This document shows, piece after piece, positions 9,786 to 18,222 of a DNA stretch of 64,000 bases (the stretch's first letter is position 1; each line of letters begins with the position of its first letter). The DNA lies in the NCBI GenBank assembly GCA_016869645.1, contig VGDO01000001.1:73957-137956 (forward strand). The letters are read 5' to 3'. Source of the DNA: Alphaproteobacteria bacterium (GTDB lineage: Bacteria > Pseudomonadota > Alphaproteobacteria > SHVW01). Under the pieces are notes generated by a model. That model was not told the DNA's origin. It did not search any database and saw nothing but the letters and a program-made list of their open reading frames with translations. Made by a program: the position numbers and the translations under genes.

Positions 9786-10802
9786 CTACCGTACCGCCAC
9801 CAGCACGGCCACGGGATCCCCGGCCGACACCTGGCCCTGGCCACGCGTGCACCACAGCTCGCCGCTGTAACCATAATCGATGATGATCGGCTTGCGGTGC
9901 GGATCGTCGATGAAGTGCAGCGCGCCTGCGGCCTCGCCCTTGCGCACCTTGGCGCCCAAGGGGTGGTAGGCTTCGAACAGCCCGGCCTGGGGCGCGAAGG
10001 CATAGCAGCCATAGTCGGGCACCGTGACGACGCGCGTCTTGGGGCCTGACTTGTCGAGCTTGCCGCGGATCACGCCCAGATGCTTCAGTGCGTTCATGAT
10101 GCCGCGCCTTGTCGAGGCGAGGCCCGGAATCGACACGCGGTTACCCCCGCCGAGCTCGCTCGAGATCGCGGTCACACCGCGCCGCTCGCATGTGGTCATG
10201 AAGGTGTAGCCGGCATCGACCTCCTTGATGACGACGTGGTAGGGCGCGCCAAAGGCGAGCGCCAGCGCCTCGGTCTCCGCCATCTTCGCCCTGTCGTCGA
10301 GCACGTGCGCCGTCGTGCTGGGCACGAACTCCATGGCCCGGCCGCCGGAGTGCAGGTCGAGGTTGACGTCGGTGATCGGCAGCAGGATTTCGGTCACATA
10401 GTGCGCCAGCACATCGGCGAAGGTGCCTTCGGGCCGGCCGGGGAAACAGCGATTGAGGTCCTTGTTGTCGATCGGCGACAGCCGCGTGCCGTTGACCGCA
10501 GCCGGATAGTGCAAGGCGGGAATGATGATCAAACGTCCCTGAACCGATGACGGCTCGAGCGTGCGCGCCAGCTCGGAGATCGCGATCTGCGATTCGTACT
10601 CGTCGCCATGGACGCCGCCGGTCAAGAGCACGGTCGGCCCCTTGCCGTTCTTGAGTACGGTGATCGGGATCTGGACCACGCCCCAGCCCGAATCGTTGCG
10701 CGACTGCGGCACGCGCAGCACGGTCGCCTGCTTGCCCTTGCGTTCGTAGTCGACGTCGCTGAAGACCCGGGTCTTTGCCTGCGTTTTCGCTGCCATCGTC
10801 AT
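9786..10802 (-). CDS. succinylglutamate desuccinylase/aspartoacylase (AstE/AspA) family deacylase, tandem copy B
   Basis: 338 aa with the zinc-site motif TGGVHGDEYESQIAISELARTL. Its start ATG overlaps the upstream stop (ATGA at 10799-10802). Confidence 0.8.
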   Translation of the reverse strand: MTMAAKTQAKTRVFSDVDYERKGKQATVLRVPQSRNDSGWGVVQIPITVLKNGKGPTVLLTGGVHGDEYESQIAISELARTLEPSSVQGRLIIIPALHYPAAVNGTRLSPIDNKDLNRCFPGRPEGTFADVLAHYVTEILLPITDVNLDLHSGGRAMEFVPSTTAHVLDDRAKMAETEALALAFGAPYHVVIKEVDAGYTFMTTCERRGVTAISSELGGGNRVSIPGLASTRRGIMNALKHLGVIRGKLDKSGPKTRVVTVPDYGCYAFAPQAGLFEAYHPLGAKVRKGEAAGALHFIDDPHRKPIIIDYGYSGELWCTRGQGQVSAGDPVAVLVAVR

Positions 10803-11836
10803 CCCCCCTCGTAGTCGCGCATGACCACGGCCAGCGTGTCGCCCTTGCGGCAGCGCCCCGGCCCCATGGCCATCCAGAGCACGCCGCTCTGGCGGTATTT
10901 GAGCTCGATCGGCTCGCGCGACGGATCCTCAACGAAATGCACGAGGCCAGCGGTGGCACCTTTCTTGACCGATGTGCCCGCCGTGTGGCGCGGCTCGAAC
11001 AGCCCTTCGGCCGGGCAGAAGGTGTAGGCGACGTTGTCGCGCACCATCATGTGACGTGTGCCGGCGGCGCCGTCGGCCTGGGCCGTCTCGGGCTTGCCGG
11101 CGATCATGCCCAGATGCTTCAGCACATTGGCCAGGCCGCGCTCGGCGACACGCACGCCGTCGACCGAGACGCGGCCATAGCCGCCGAGCTCGGTGCCGAT
11201 CGAGAGGATCTGGCGCCGCTCGACCGACGACGTCAGCGTGGCGCCCTCGTCGACGCCCCAGAACACGACGTTGTACGGCGCGCCGAAGGCAGCCGCGAGC
11301 GCAAGCGTCCGCTTCATCGTTGTCGCGTCGGCGCGATGATGCATGTTGGTGCTGAGCGCGGAGTCCGCGGAGTGTCCGGCCGAATGCACGTCGACCGAGA
11401 CGTCGACCATGGGCAGGATGACGGAATCGATATAGTGCGCCAGCATCTGGCAGAACGTGCCCCTGGGATCGCCCGGGAAGCAGCGGTTGAGATCGCGATT
11501 GTCGAGCGGGCAGAGGCGCCGCCCGGCCAGCGCGGCCGGCAGGTCGACCGCGGGTATCATGATCACGCGCCCCTTGAGACGTCGTGGGTCGAGGCTGCGC
11601 GCCAGACGCGAAATCGCGATCTGCCCCTCGTATTCGTCGCCATGGACGCCGCCGGTGAAAAGGACGGTCGGCCCCTTCCCGCGCGCCTCGCTCCCCGCGG
11701 TCACCATGATCGGAATCTCGACCGTGCCCCAGCCGGCATCGTCGCGCGACTGCGGCACGCGCAGCACGGAAACCTGGCGACCCGGCTTGTTCCAATCCAG
11801 GTCGCACATGATCCGGCTGTTCGCAGCTTTGGCCAT
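10799..11836 (-). CDS. succinylglutamate desuccinylase/aspartoacylase (AstE/AspA) family deacylase, tandem copy A
   Basis: 345 aa with TGGVHGDEYEGQIAISRLARSL. Alignable by eye with the downstream copy over its whole length. Confidence 0.8.
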   Translation of the reverse strand: MAKAANSRIMCDLDWNKPGRQVSVLRVPQSRDDAGWGTVEIPIMVTAGSEARGKGPTVLFTGGVHGDEYEGQIAISRLARSLDPRRLKGRVIMIPAVDLPAALAGRRLCPLDNRDLNRCFPGDPRGTFCQMLAHYIDSVILPMVDVSVDVHSAGHSADSALSTNMHHRADATTMKRTLALAAAFGAPYNVVFWGVDEGATLTSSVERRQILSIGTELGGYGRVSVDGVRVAERGLANVLKHLGMIAGKPETAQADGAAGTRHMMVRDNVAYTFCPAEGLFEPRHTAGTSVKKGATAGLVHFVEDPSREPIELKYRQSGVLWMAMGPGRCRKGDTLAVVMRDYEGG

Positions 11837-11914
11837 GGCGGTACAATCGCCAGCGTGTCGGCGGGCGTCAAGTCCACGCCATCAATAGTCGAAGTCCTTT
11901 GAACGGAACATTTC

Positions 11915-12703
11915 ATGATTCGCGTCGGCGTCGGCGGATGGAATTTCAAGCCGTGGCGCGGGGCCTTCTATCCCAAGGACGTCAAGCGGGCGGACGAGCT
12001 CCGCTATGCGAGCCGCCATCTCACCACGATCGAGATCAACGGCACGTTCTACCGGACGCAATCGCCGGCCAGCTTCCGGAAATGGCGGGCGGAAACACCC
12101 GACGGCTTCATGTTTTCGGTCAAGGGCCACCGCGCCATCGGCAACAGCCGCAAGCTGGCCGACGCGGCCGACCGCCTCGACTGGTTCTTCAAGAGCGGTG
12201 TGCTCGAGCTCGGCGACAAGCTCGGGCCGCTGCTCTGGCAGCTGGCGCCCCACAAGACATACGACAAGGAGGATGTCGGCGCCTTCCTCAAGCTGCTGCC
12301 GCGCAAGGCGGGGGCCCGGCGCCTGATGCATGTGCTCGAGGTGCGCCATGAGAGCTTTCTCGTGCCGGACTTCATCGCGCTGCTGCGCGAGAGCAACGTC
12401 GCCATCGGCCATGCGGAATCCGACGAATACCCCGAGATTGCCGATGTGACCGCGGACTTCGTCTATGCGCGATTGCAGCGCAGCTCCGAGAGGATCAAGG
12501 CGGGGTATTCGGACTCCGATCTCGACCGTTGGGCCAAGCGTGCCAAACTTTGGGCTGCCGGCGGTGCGCCGGACGACCTGCCGCTGATCGGCAGGGTGAA
12601 GGCCGCCAAGAAGAAGCGCGAGGTCTTCGTCTACATCATCGGTGGTGCCAAGGTACGCAACCCGGCAGCGGCGACGGCATTGATCGAGCGAGTGAAGGAA
12701 TAA
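11915..12703 (+). CDS. DUF72 domain protein
   Basis: MIRVGVGGWNFKPWRGAFYPKDV...LTTIEINGTFYRTQSPASFRKWRAETPDGFMFSVKG is a typical DUF72 N-terminus. Confidence 0.85.
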   Translation: MIRVGVGGWNFKPWRGAFYPKDVKRADELRYASRHLTTIEINGTFYRTQSPASFRKWRAETPDGFMFSVKGHRAIGNSRKLADAADRLDWFFKSGVLELGDKLGPLLWQLAPHKTYDKEDVGAFLKLLPRKAGARRLMHVLEVRHESFLVPDFIALLRESNVAIGHAESDEYPEIADVTADFVYARLQRSSERIKAGYSDSDLDRWAKRAKLWAAGGAPDDLPLIGRVKAAKKKREVFVYIIGGAKVRNPAAATALIERVKE

Positions 12704-12724
12704 GTTCTCGACCTAGCTCTGGAG

Positions 12725-12799
12725 GGGCGCAGCAGGCTGCGCCCGCGCGCTGCGATACTGGCGAAAGCCCCCGGACCGAAAGAGCGCGGCATGCCGCGC
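12725..12799. terminator. two GC-rich palindromes between convergent genes
   Basis: GGGCGCAG-cagg-CTGCGCCC (12725-12744) and the 16-nt perfect palindrome GCGCGGCA|TGCCGCGC (12784-12799). They lie in the 117-nt gap between the DUF72 stop and the ATPase stop. Confidence 0.45.
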
Positions 12800-12820
12800 C
12801 CCTACCAACAACAGCAGATG

Positions 12821-13804
12821 CTACATCCGCGGGAAGTGGCAGGACACCCGGCGGCCCGGCTCGATTTCGCGCAGGACCGGGCCTTCGACACGGCAGCGCT
12901 CCTGGGCAAAGAGGCAGCGGGTGTGGAATTCGCAGCCGCTCGGCCGGTTGCGCAGCGACGGCACCTCGCCAATCAATCCGATCTCCTCGCGCCGCTTGTC
13001 CGGATCGGGCTGGGGCACCGCGCCGAGCAGCGCTAGCGTGTAGGGATGGCGGGGTGCCGCGAAGATGGCGGCCGTCGGGCCTTCCTCGACGAAGCGGCCA
13101 AGATACATGATGGCGAGCCGGTCGCTGACGTGCCGGATCATCGGCAGATTGTGCGTCACGATGATGTAGCTGAGCCCGAGATCGGTCTGCAGCTCGTTCA
13201 TCAGATTGAGCACTTCGCCCTGGACCGATACGTCAAGACCGGCGGTTGGCTCGTCGGCGATGATGAGCTTGGGCCTCAGCGCCAGCGCGCGCGCCACGCC
13301 GACGCGGCGCGCCTGGCCGCCGGACAACTGATGCGGATAGTTTGCGAGCAATTGGACGGGCAGGCCGACCATGCCCATGAGCTGGCGCGCCTCGACATCG
13401 AGATCGCGATCTGTCATGTCGTGAATGTGGAAGGGCTCCGTCACCAACGCACGCACGGTCTTGCGCGGCGACAGGCTAGCCACTGGATCCTGGAACATCA
13501 TGCTGACGTTGCGGCGGATCGTGCGCAGGCCCGAATCCGAGCGATCGACGATGGTGGCGCCGTCGAACCGCACGACGCCGGCGGCGAGGTCGACGAGCCC
13601 GACGATCGACCGCACCAGCGTCGTCTTGCCCGAGCCGCTTTCGCCGACCAGGCCGAATGTTTCGCCCGGCCCCAAGGCGAAGCTGACGTCGAGCACCGCA
13701 TCGATGAAAGGATCGCGGATTCCCTGGATGAGCGCGCGCACGAAGCCGACCGTACGGAAGCGCACGCGGATTCCTTCGGCCACGAGGAGTGCCGCGTCAG
13801 CCAT
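12821..13804 (-). CDS. ABC transporter ATP-binding protein (OppF-like)
   Basis: Start at the ATG at 13804 (MADAALLVAEGIRVRF), overlapping the upstream gene end by 8 nt. Walker [10 protein letters not shown], signature LSGGQARR, C-terminus GCEFHTRC. Confidence 0.9.
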   Translation of the reverse strand: MADAALLVAEGIRVRFRTVGFVRALIQGIRDPFIDAVLDVSFALGPGETFGLVGESGSGKTTLVRSIVGLVDLAAGVVRFDGATIVDRSDSGLRTIRRNVSMMFQDPVASLSPRKTVRALVTEPFHIHDMTDRDLDVEARQLMGMVGLPVQLLANYPHQLSGGQARRVGVARALALRPKLIIADEPTAGLDVSVQGEVLNLMNELQTDLGLSYIIVTHNLPMIRHVSDRLAIMYLGRFVEEGPTAAIFAAPRHPYTLALLGAVPQPDPDKRREEIGLIGEVPSLRNRPSGCEFHTRCLFAQERCRVEGPVLREIEPGRRVSCHFPRM

Positions 13805-14768
13805 CGCGCACCAGGAAGCAGCGGACGTCGTGGCCCTTGCTTGCGGCATAGTTCTGTGGCGCCTCGCGCCGGCACGGCTCATGGACCCTGGGGCAGCGCG
13901 GCGCGAAGATACAACCGCCCGGCAGGTGGGCGAGATCGGGCAGGTTGCCGGCGATGGTAGGCAGGTGCCGCGACGCCTTCTCGATGCGCGCCGGATCGCA
14001 TTCGAGCAGCAGCCTCGTGTACGGGTGGCGCGCATCGTGGAAGAGCTGGCGCACGCTGCCCTGCTCGACGATCTCGCCGGCATACATAACGACGACCTCG
14101 TCGCACAGCTCGGCAATCAGCCCAAGATTGTGCGATACGAACAGGATCGAGCCCTTGAACTCACGCTTGAGGTCGCGCAGCAGGCGAATGATCTGGGCCT
14201 CGAGCGTGACGTCGAGCGCCGTGGTCGGCTCGTCGGCGATGAGCAGGGCCGGGTTCATCAGGAGCGCCATGGCGATCGAGATGCGCTGCCGCATGCCGCC
14301 GCTGAAGTGGTGCGGATAGCCTTCCAGGCGGTGTTCCGGGTCGGGAATGCCGACGCGGCGCAGCATGTCGATGGCCCGCCGGCGCTTTTCCGTGGTCGGA
14401 ATGGGTTCGCGATACTGGATGTCCAGCATCTGGGTCGCGATCGACAGCACGGGGTTGAGCGCCGTCATCGGATCCTGGAACACCATGGCGACCTGGCGGC
14501 CGCGCAAGTCGCGCAGCCGCTCGTCGCTCATGGCGAGGACGTTCTCGCCCTCGAAGACGATCTCGCCCGACTTGACCGTCGCGTTATAGGCGAGCAGCCG
14601 CAGCACAGTCGAGATGAGGGTGGTCTTGCCGCAGCCGCTTTCGCCGACGATGCCGACGATGCTGTCTTGCGGCACGGTCAGGCTGACGTCGCGCAGTGCC
14701 TCGACCGAGCCGCGCGGCGTGGCGAAGCTGACGCTGAGGTCGCGTATGTCGAGGATCGGCCGGGCCAC
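13797..14768 (-). CDS. ABC transporter ATP-binding protein (OppD-like)
   Basis: GTG start at 14768. Walker A GESGCGKTT, signature FSGGMRQR, HPYTRLLLEC motif. Confidence 0.9.
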   Translation of the reverse strand: MARPILDIRDLSVSFATPRGSVEALRDVSLTVPQDSIVGIVGESGCGKTTLISTVLRLLAYNATVKSGEIVFEGENVLAMSDERLRDLRGRQVAMVFQDPMTALNPVLSIATQMLDIQYREPIPTTEKRRRAIDMLRRVGIPDPEHRLEGYPHHFSGGMRQRISIAMALLMNPALLIADEPTTALDVTLEAQIIRLLRDLKREFKGSILFVSHNLGLIAELCDEVVVMYAGEIVEQGSVRQLFHDARHPYTRLLLECDPARIEKASRHLPTIAGNLPDLAHLPGGCIFAPRCPRVHEPCRREAPQNYAASKGHDVRCFLVRDG

Positions 14769-14778
14769 TGCGGGACCG

Positions 14779-15657
14779 TCAATCGCGCCTGAGGCGTGGA
14801 TCGAAGATGTCGCGCAGGGATTCGCCGAGAAAGGTGAAGCCGAGCGTCGTCACGATCACGGGCATGCCGCCCGCCAGAACCAGCCAGGGCGTGTCGCGGA
14901 TGAAGGCATAACCATCATTGAGGATCGAGCCCCAACTCGGCGTCGGCGGTCGTACGCCCACGCCGAGGAAGCTCAATCCGGCCTCGATGGTGATGACGAC
15001 CGGTATTTCCATGCTCGCCAGAATCAGCACCGGGCCGATCACGTTGGGCAGAACGTGATGGAACAGGACGCGCACCGGACCGGCGCCGAGCGACCGCTCG
15101 GCCAGGATGAACTCGTTGACGCGCATCGAAAGGGTCAGCGTGCGGACGATCCGCCCGTAGACCGGGATCGAGGTGACGACGACGATGAAGATCACGGTTT
15201 CGAGGCTCGGGCCCAGCATGATGACGACGGCCAGCGCGAACATGATGGTCGGAAACGAGCGCACGGCGTCGAACACCAGCATCAGGAAACTGTCGAGCCA
15301 GCGTGGCCCGTAGCCGGCCAGCATGCCGAGCACGAGACCAAGCACGAGCGAGATCGACACGGCGACCAGCGAGACCCATAGCGCGATGCGGCCGCCATAG
15401 ACGACGCGGCTGAAGGTGTCGCGGCCGAGATGGTCCGTGCCCAACCAATGGATCAGCGTGGGTTCGGAAAACTTGTTGCGGATATCGAGCTGGGTCGGCG
15501 GGTACTGGGCGAGCCAGTCGGCGAAAATCGCGCTCGCCACGATGAGCACGACCAGCGCCAGCCCGAAGGCGCCGAGCGGGTCGGCCAGCAGACGCCGCCA
15601 CGCCGATGCCGACGCCTCGACCCGCGGCGCGGCTGTCACCGTGTCAGTTGCAGCCAT
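14779..15657 (-). CDS. ABC transporter permease (OppC/DppC-like)
   Basis: 292 aa with HWLGTDHLGRDTFSRV and C-terminus DPRLRRD. No OppB-like gene is adjacent (see findings). Confidence 0.9.
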   Translation of the reverse strand: MAATDTVTAAPRVEASASAWRRLLADPLGAFGLALVVLIVASAIFADWLAQYPPTQLDIRNKFSEPTLIHWLGTDHLGRDTFSRVVYGGRIALWVSLVAVSISLVLGLVLGMLAGYGPRWLDSFLMLVFDAVRSFPTIMFALAVVIMLGPSLETVIFIVVVTSIPVYGRIVRTLTLSMRVNEFILAERSLGAGPVRVLFHHVLPNVIGPVLILASMEIPVVITIEAGLSFLGVGVRPPTPSWGSILNDGYAFIRDTPWLVLAGGMPVIVTTLGFTFLGESLRDIFDPRLRRD

Positions 15658-15694
15658 ACTTGAAGCGAGTATCGATCGCTTGCCATCCTCGGCT

Positions 15695-15725
15695 CAACCC
15701 CTCTCCCTGATCGGAAGAGGGGTTG
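15695..15725 (-). terminator. 10-bp hairpin CAACCCCTCT-11 nt-AGAGGGGTTG between the SBP and permease genes
   Basis: Read directly. Begins 17 nt after the SBP stop (15742) on the transcribed strand. Confidence 0.5.
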
Positions 15726-15741
15726 TTCCGAGACCTTTGGA

Positions 15742-17304
15742 TTACGTCGACTTGAACTTCGTCACATAGACGCGATTGCCGTCCGGGGCCAGCGCCGGGA
15801 TGAAGTGGTCGCGGTGCAGAACCGGATTGACGCCGTGGGTGAGGAACACATAGGCGCCCGAGTCCTCCATGATGTCCTGCATGCGGACATACATGTCGTG
15901 CCGCTTCTTGGCGTCGTACTCGCGCAGCGCCGCCTTGTGCAGGTCGTTGTACTCGGCATCCGGGAAGCGCTCCCAGTTCCATTCGCCGATCTGCTCCTTG
16001 GTGAACCACACGGTCGCCCAGCTCGGGTCGGGCGCCATGGAGAAGCGCACGACGTGCATCTGCATCTTCTTCCAGCCGCCGGCCTTGTCGCTGGCCATGG
16101 CCTTCTGCACGCCCGAATCGAACGGTGCGACCTCGGCCTGGATGCCGACCTGCGCGAGGCCGGCGGCGATCACTTGGCCGACATTGATGAACTCGGCCGA
16201 GTTGCGCACGCCGATCTCGGTCTTGAAGCCGCGCGGATGGCCGGCCTCGGCGAGCAGCTTGCGCGCCCGATCGAGATCGGGCTTGGCGATCTTGTTGGCC
16301 GGACGGTGGCCGATCATGCCCGGCGCGATGATGCCGGTCGAGCGCTCGGCCACGCCGAAGAACGCGCCGTCGAGCACGGACTGCGCATCGACGGCGTACT
16401 GCACCGCCTGGCGGACGCGCTTGTCCTTGAAGATGCCATCCTCCATCTGCATGCCGAGCCACCAATAGGCGAGCGAGGGCGACACGACGAGCTTGGACTT
16501 GGGCGGCATCGCCTTGCGCAGCCGCGGCACGGCCGTCATCGGCAGCAGTGCCACATCGAGCTCGCCGGTGGCGAACGCCGTCTCGGCCGCATTGGCATCG
16601 GTCACGACAACGAAATCGACCTCGTCGAACATGGCGCGCTCGCCGGGCCAGCCTGGATTGCGTTCCAAGGTGAAGCGCACGCGCGGCTCGATCTTCTTGA
16701 TCTTGTAAGCGCCGAATGTCGCGGGCGGTTCGAGCGTGAAGCGCTGCCCGTCGAGCTTCTCGACCGCCTTCTTGCACACGATGTTGCCGGCCGCGCGCGG
16801 CAAGGTCGTGCTGAACAGCGGAATGAATGGCTCCTTGAGCACGATGACGCCCGTGTGGCTCGACGTCACATCGACCCGGTCGAGCGCTTCCCAATCGCCG
16901 CGGTAGGGCGATTTGTTCTCCGGCTTGGCGATCCGCTCGTAGGAGAACTTGACATCCTCGGCGGTCACTTCGCCGTTGCCGCCGCTCCAGCCCAGGCCCT
17001 TCTTCAGCTCGAACTTGACATGCGTCGGATCGACCTGCTCGATCGAGGTCGCCGCATCGAGCTGCCAGCCCCATTCCTTGCCCGGCTTGTAGGAGATCAG
17101 TCCGGGATAGAGACAGTCGAAGATGTCGGCCTCCGGCGCACCGAGATAGTGGATGGGGTCGAGGCGCTCGGGTGCGATGTAGGAGCGCACTTTCAGCGAC
17201 TTGGTCTGCGCCTCGGCCGGCCGGTACGGCCCGGCCGCCGCGATGGCGCCCCCGAGCGCCGTCGTGGCGAGGAACTCGCGCCGATTGATCCTTGATTTCA
17301 ACAT
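15742..17304 (-). CDS. ABC transporter substrate-binding protein, family 5, Tat-type signal
   Basis: MLKSRINRREFLATTALGGAIAAAGPYRPAEAQ (RREFL twin-arginine motif). 520 aa, typical SBP_bac_5 length. Confidence 0.9.
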   Translation of the reverse strand: MLKSRINRREFLATTALGGAIAAAGPYRPAEAQTKSLKVRSYIAPERLDPIHYLGAPEADIFDCLYPGLISYKPGKEWGWQLDAATSIEQVDPTHVKFELKKGLGWSGGNGEVTAEDVKFSYERIAKPENKSPYRGDWEALDRVDVTSSHTGVIVLKEPFIPLFSTTLPRAAGNIVCKKAVEKLDGQRFTLEPPATFGAYKIKKIEPRVRFTLERNPGWPGERAMFDEVDFVVVTDANAAETAFATGELDVALLPMTAVPRLRKAMPPKSKLVVSPSLAYWWLGMQMEDGIFKDKRVRQAVQYAVDAQSVLDGAFFGVAERSTGIIAPGMIGHRPANKIAKPDLDRARKLLAEAGHPRGFKTEIGVRNSAEFINVGQVIAAGLAQVGIQAEVAPFDSGVQKAMASDKAGGWKKMQMHVVRFSMAPDPSWATVWFTKEQIGEWNWERFPDAEYNDLHKAALREYDAKKRHDMYVRMQDIMEDSGAYVFLTHGVNPVLHRDHFIPALAPDGNRVYVTKFKST

Positions 17305-17378
17305 ATTAGCCTCCCTCCTGTTCGTAGTCCGAATTCCCTGGCGTCAACGATGGCATGACCACATGGGCCGGTCGAGCC

Positions 17379-18212
17379 TCATTCGGCCGCAACCGCCGAG
17401 CGCGGGCGCGCCTGCGTGCGCCCGAACACGTTCAGGCGCGATCGCTCGGAGAACTGCATGTCCGGCCGGCGATCGTAGCTGAAGAGAGCGATGATGCGCT
17501 TGCGTGTGCCGGTGACCGGCGTCACGCGATGGATGGAATACTTGCCGCGGAACAGGATGAGCGCGCCGGCTTCCATCGGCGGTTCGCGCAGCAGCGACGC
17601 GTCGCCATCCATGGCGGCGGCAACGTCGGCATAGCTGGGTTCTGAGTCGCTGCGGATGCCGGGCGCGAAGATGAAACGGCCGCCGCCTTCGGGCGCCTGG
17701 AGCAGCAGCGAGATCACGAAATCGTTGCTGTCGAAATGCCAGCCATGCTGATCGCCCTCGCCGAGAATGGTCGCATTGCACGACATCAGCGGATCGGCAA
17801 CACGGTAGAGCACGGGTTCGTCCAGCATGTCGGAGATCAGCTGCGTGAGACCGTCCCACATGTAGAGCCGCAGCACTGGGCCGGCCGGCTCAAACTGATC
17901 CGTCGCCACCGCATGCATGCTGTATGGCGTGCGTCGCAGACGCGGATCGTCCGACGGCAGCCCCTCGGCCGACACATCTCCATAGGCGCCGAGCATGAGG
18001 TCGCGCCGATGGGCTCCCGGCAGCAGATCCATGACCTCGGCCGCCATGCGCGCGACGGCATCAGGGCGTACGAAACCCGGCAGAATGGCGCAGCCATCCA
18101 CGGCCAGTTGCCGGCGCCCTTCGGCGATGATGGCAGCGCGGCCGGATTCTGAGTTCAGAAGATAGCGATCGAGGTCGACGAGATCGCCCGGTGCGTCGGC
18201 AGTGCCTTGCAT
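17379..18212 (-). CDS. putative Fe(II)/2-oxoglutarate-dependent oxygenase-like protein
   Basis: Start at the ATG at 18212 (MQGTADAPGDL...). HxD...H facial-triad candidates in GWHFDSND and KYSIHRVTPV, followed by RKR. Subfamily assignment not possible by eye. Confidence 0.6.
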   Translation of the reverse strand: MQGTADAPGDLVDLDRYLLNSESGRAAIIAEGRRQLAVDGCAILPGFVRPDAVARMAAEVMDLLPGAHRRDLMLGAYGDVSAEGLPSDDPRLRRTPYSMHAVATDQFEPAGPVLRLYMWDGLTQLISDMLDEPVLYRVADPLMSCNATILGEGDQHGWHFDSNDFVISLLLQAPEGGGRFIFAPGIRSDSEPSYADVAAAMDGDASLLREPPMEAGALILFRGKYSIHRVTPVTGTRKRIIALFSYDRRPDMQFSERSRLNVFGRTQARPRSAVAAE

Positions 18213-18222
18213 CGATTGCCCC

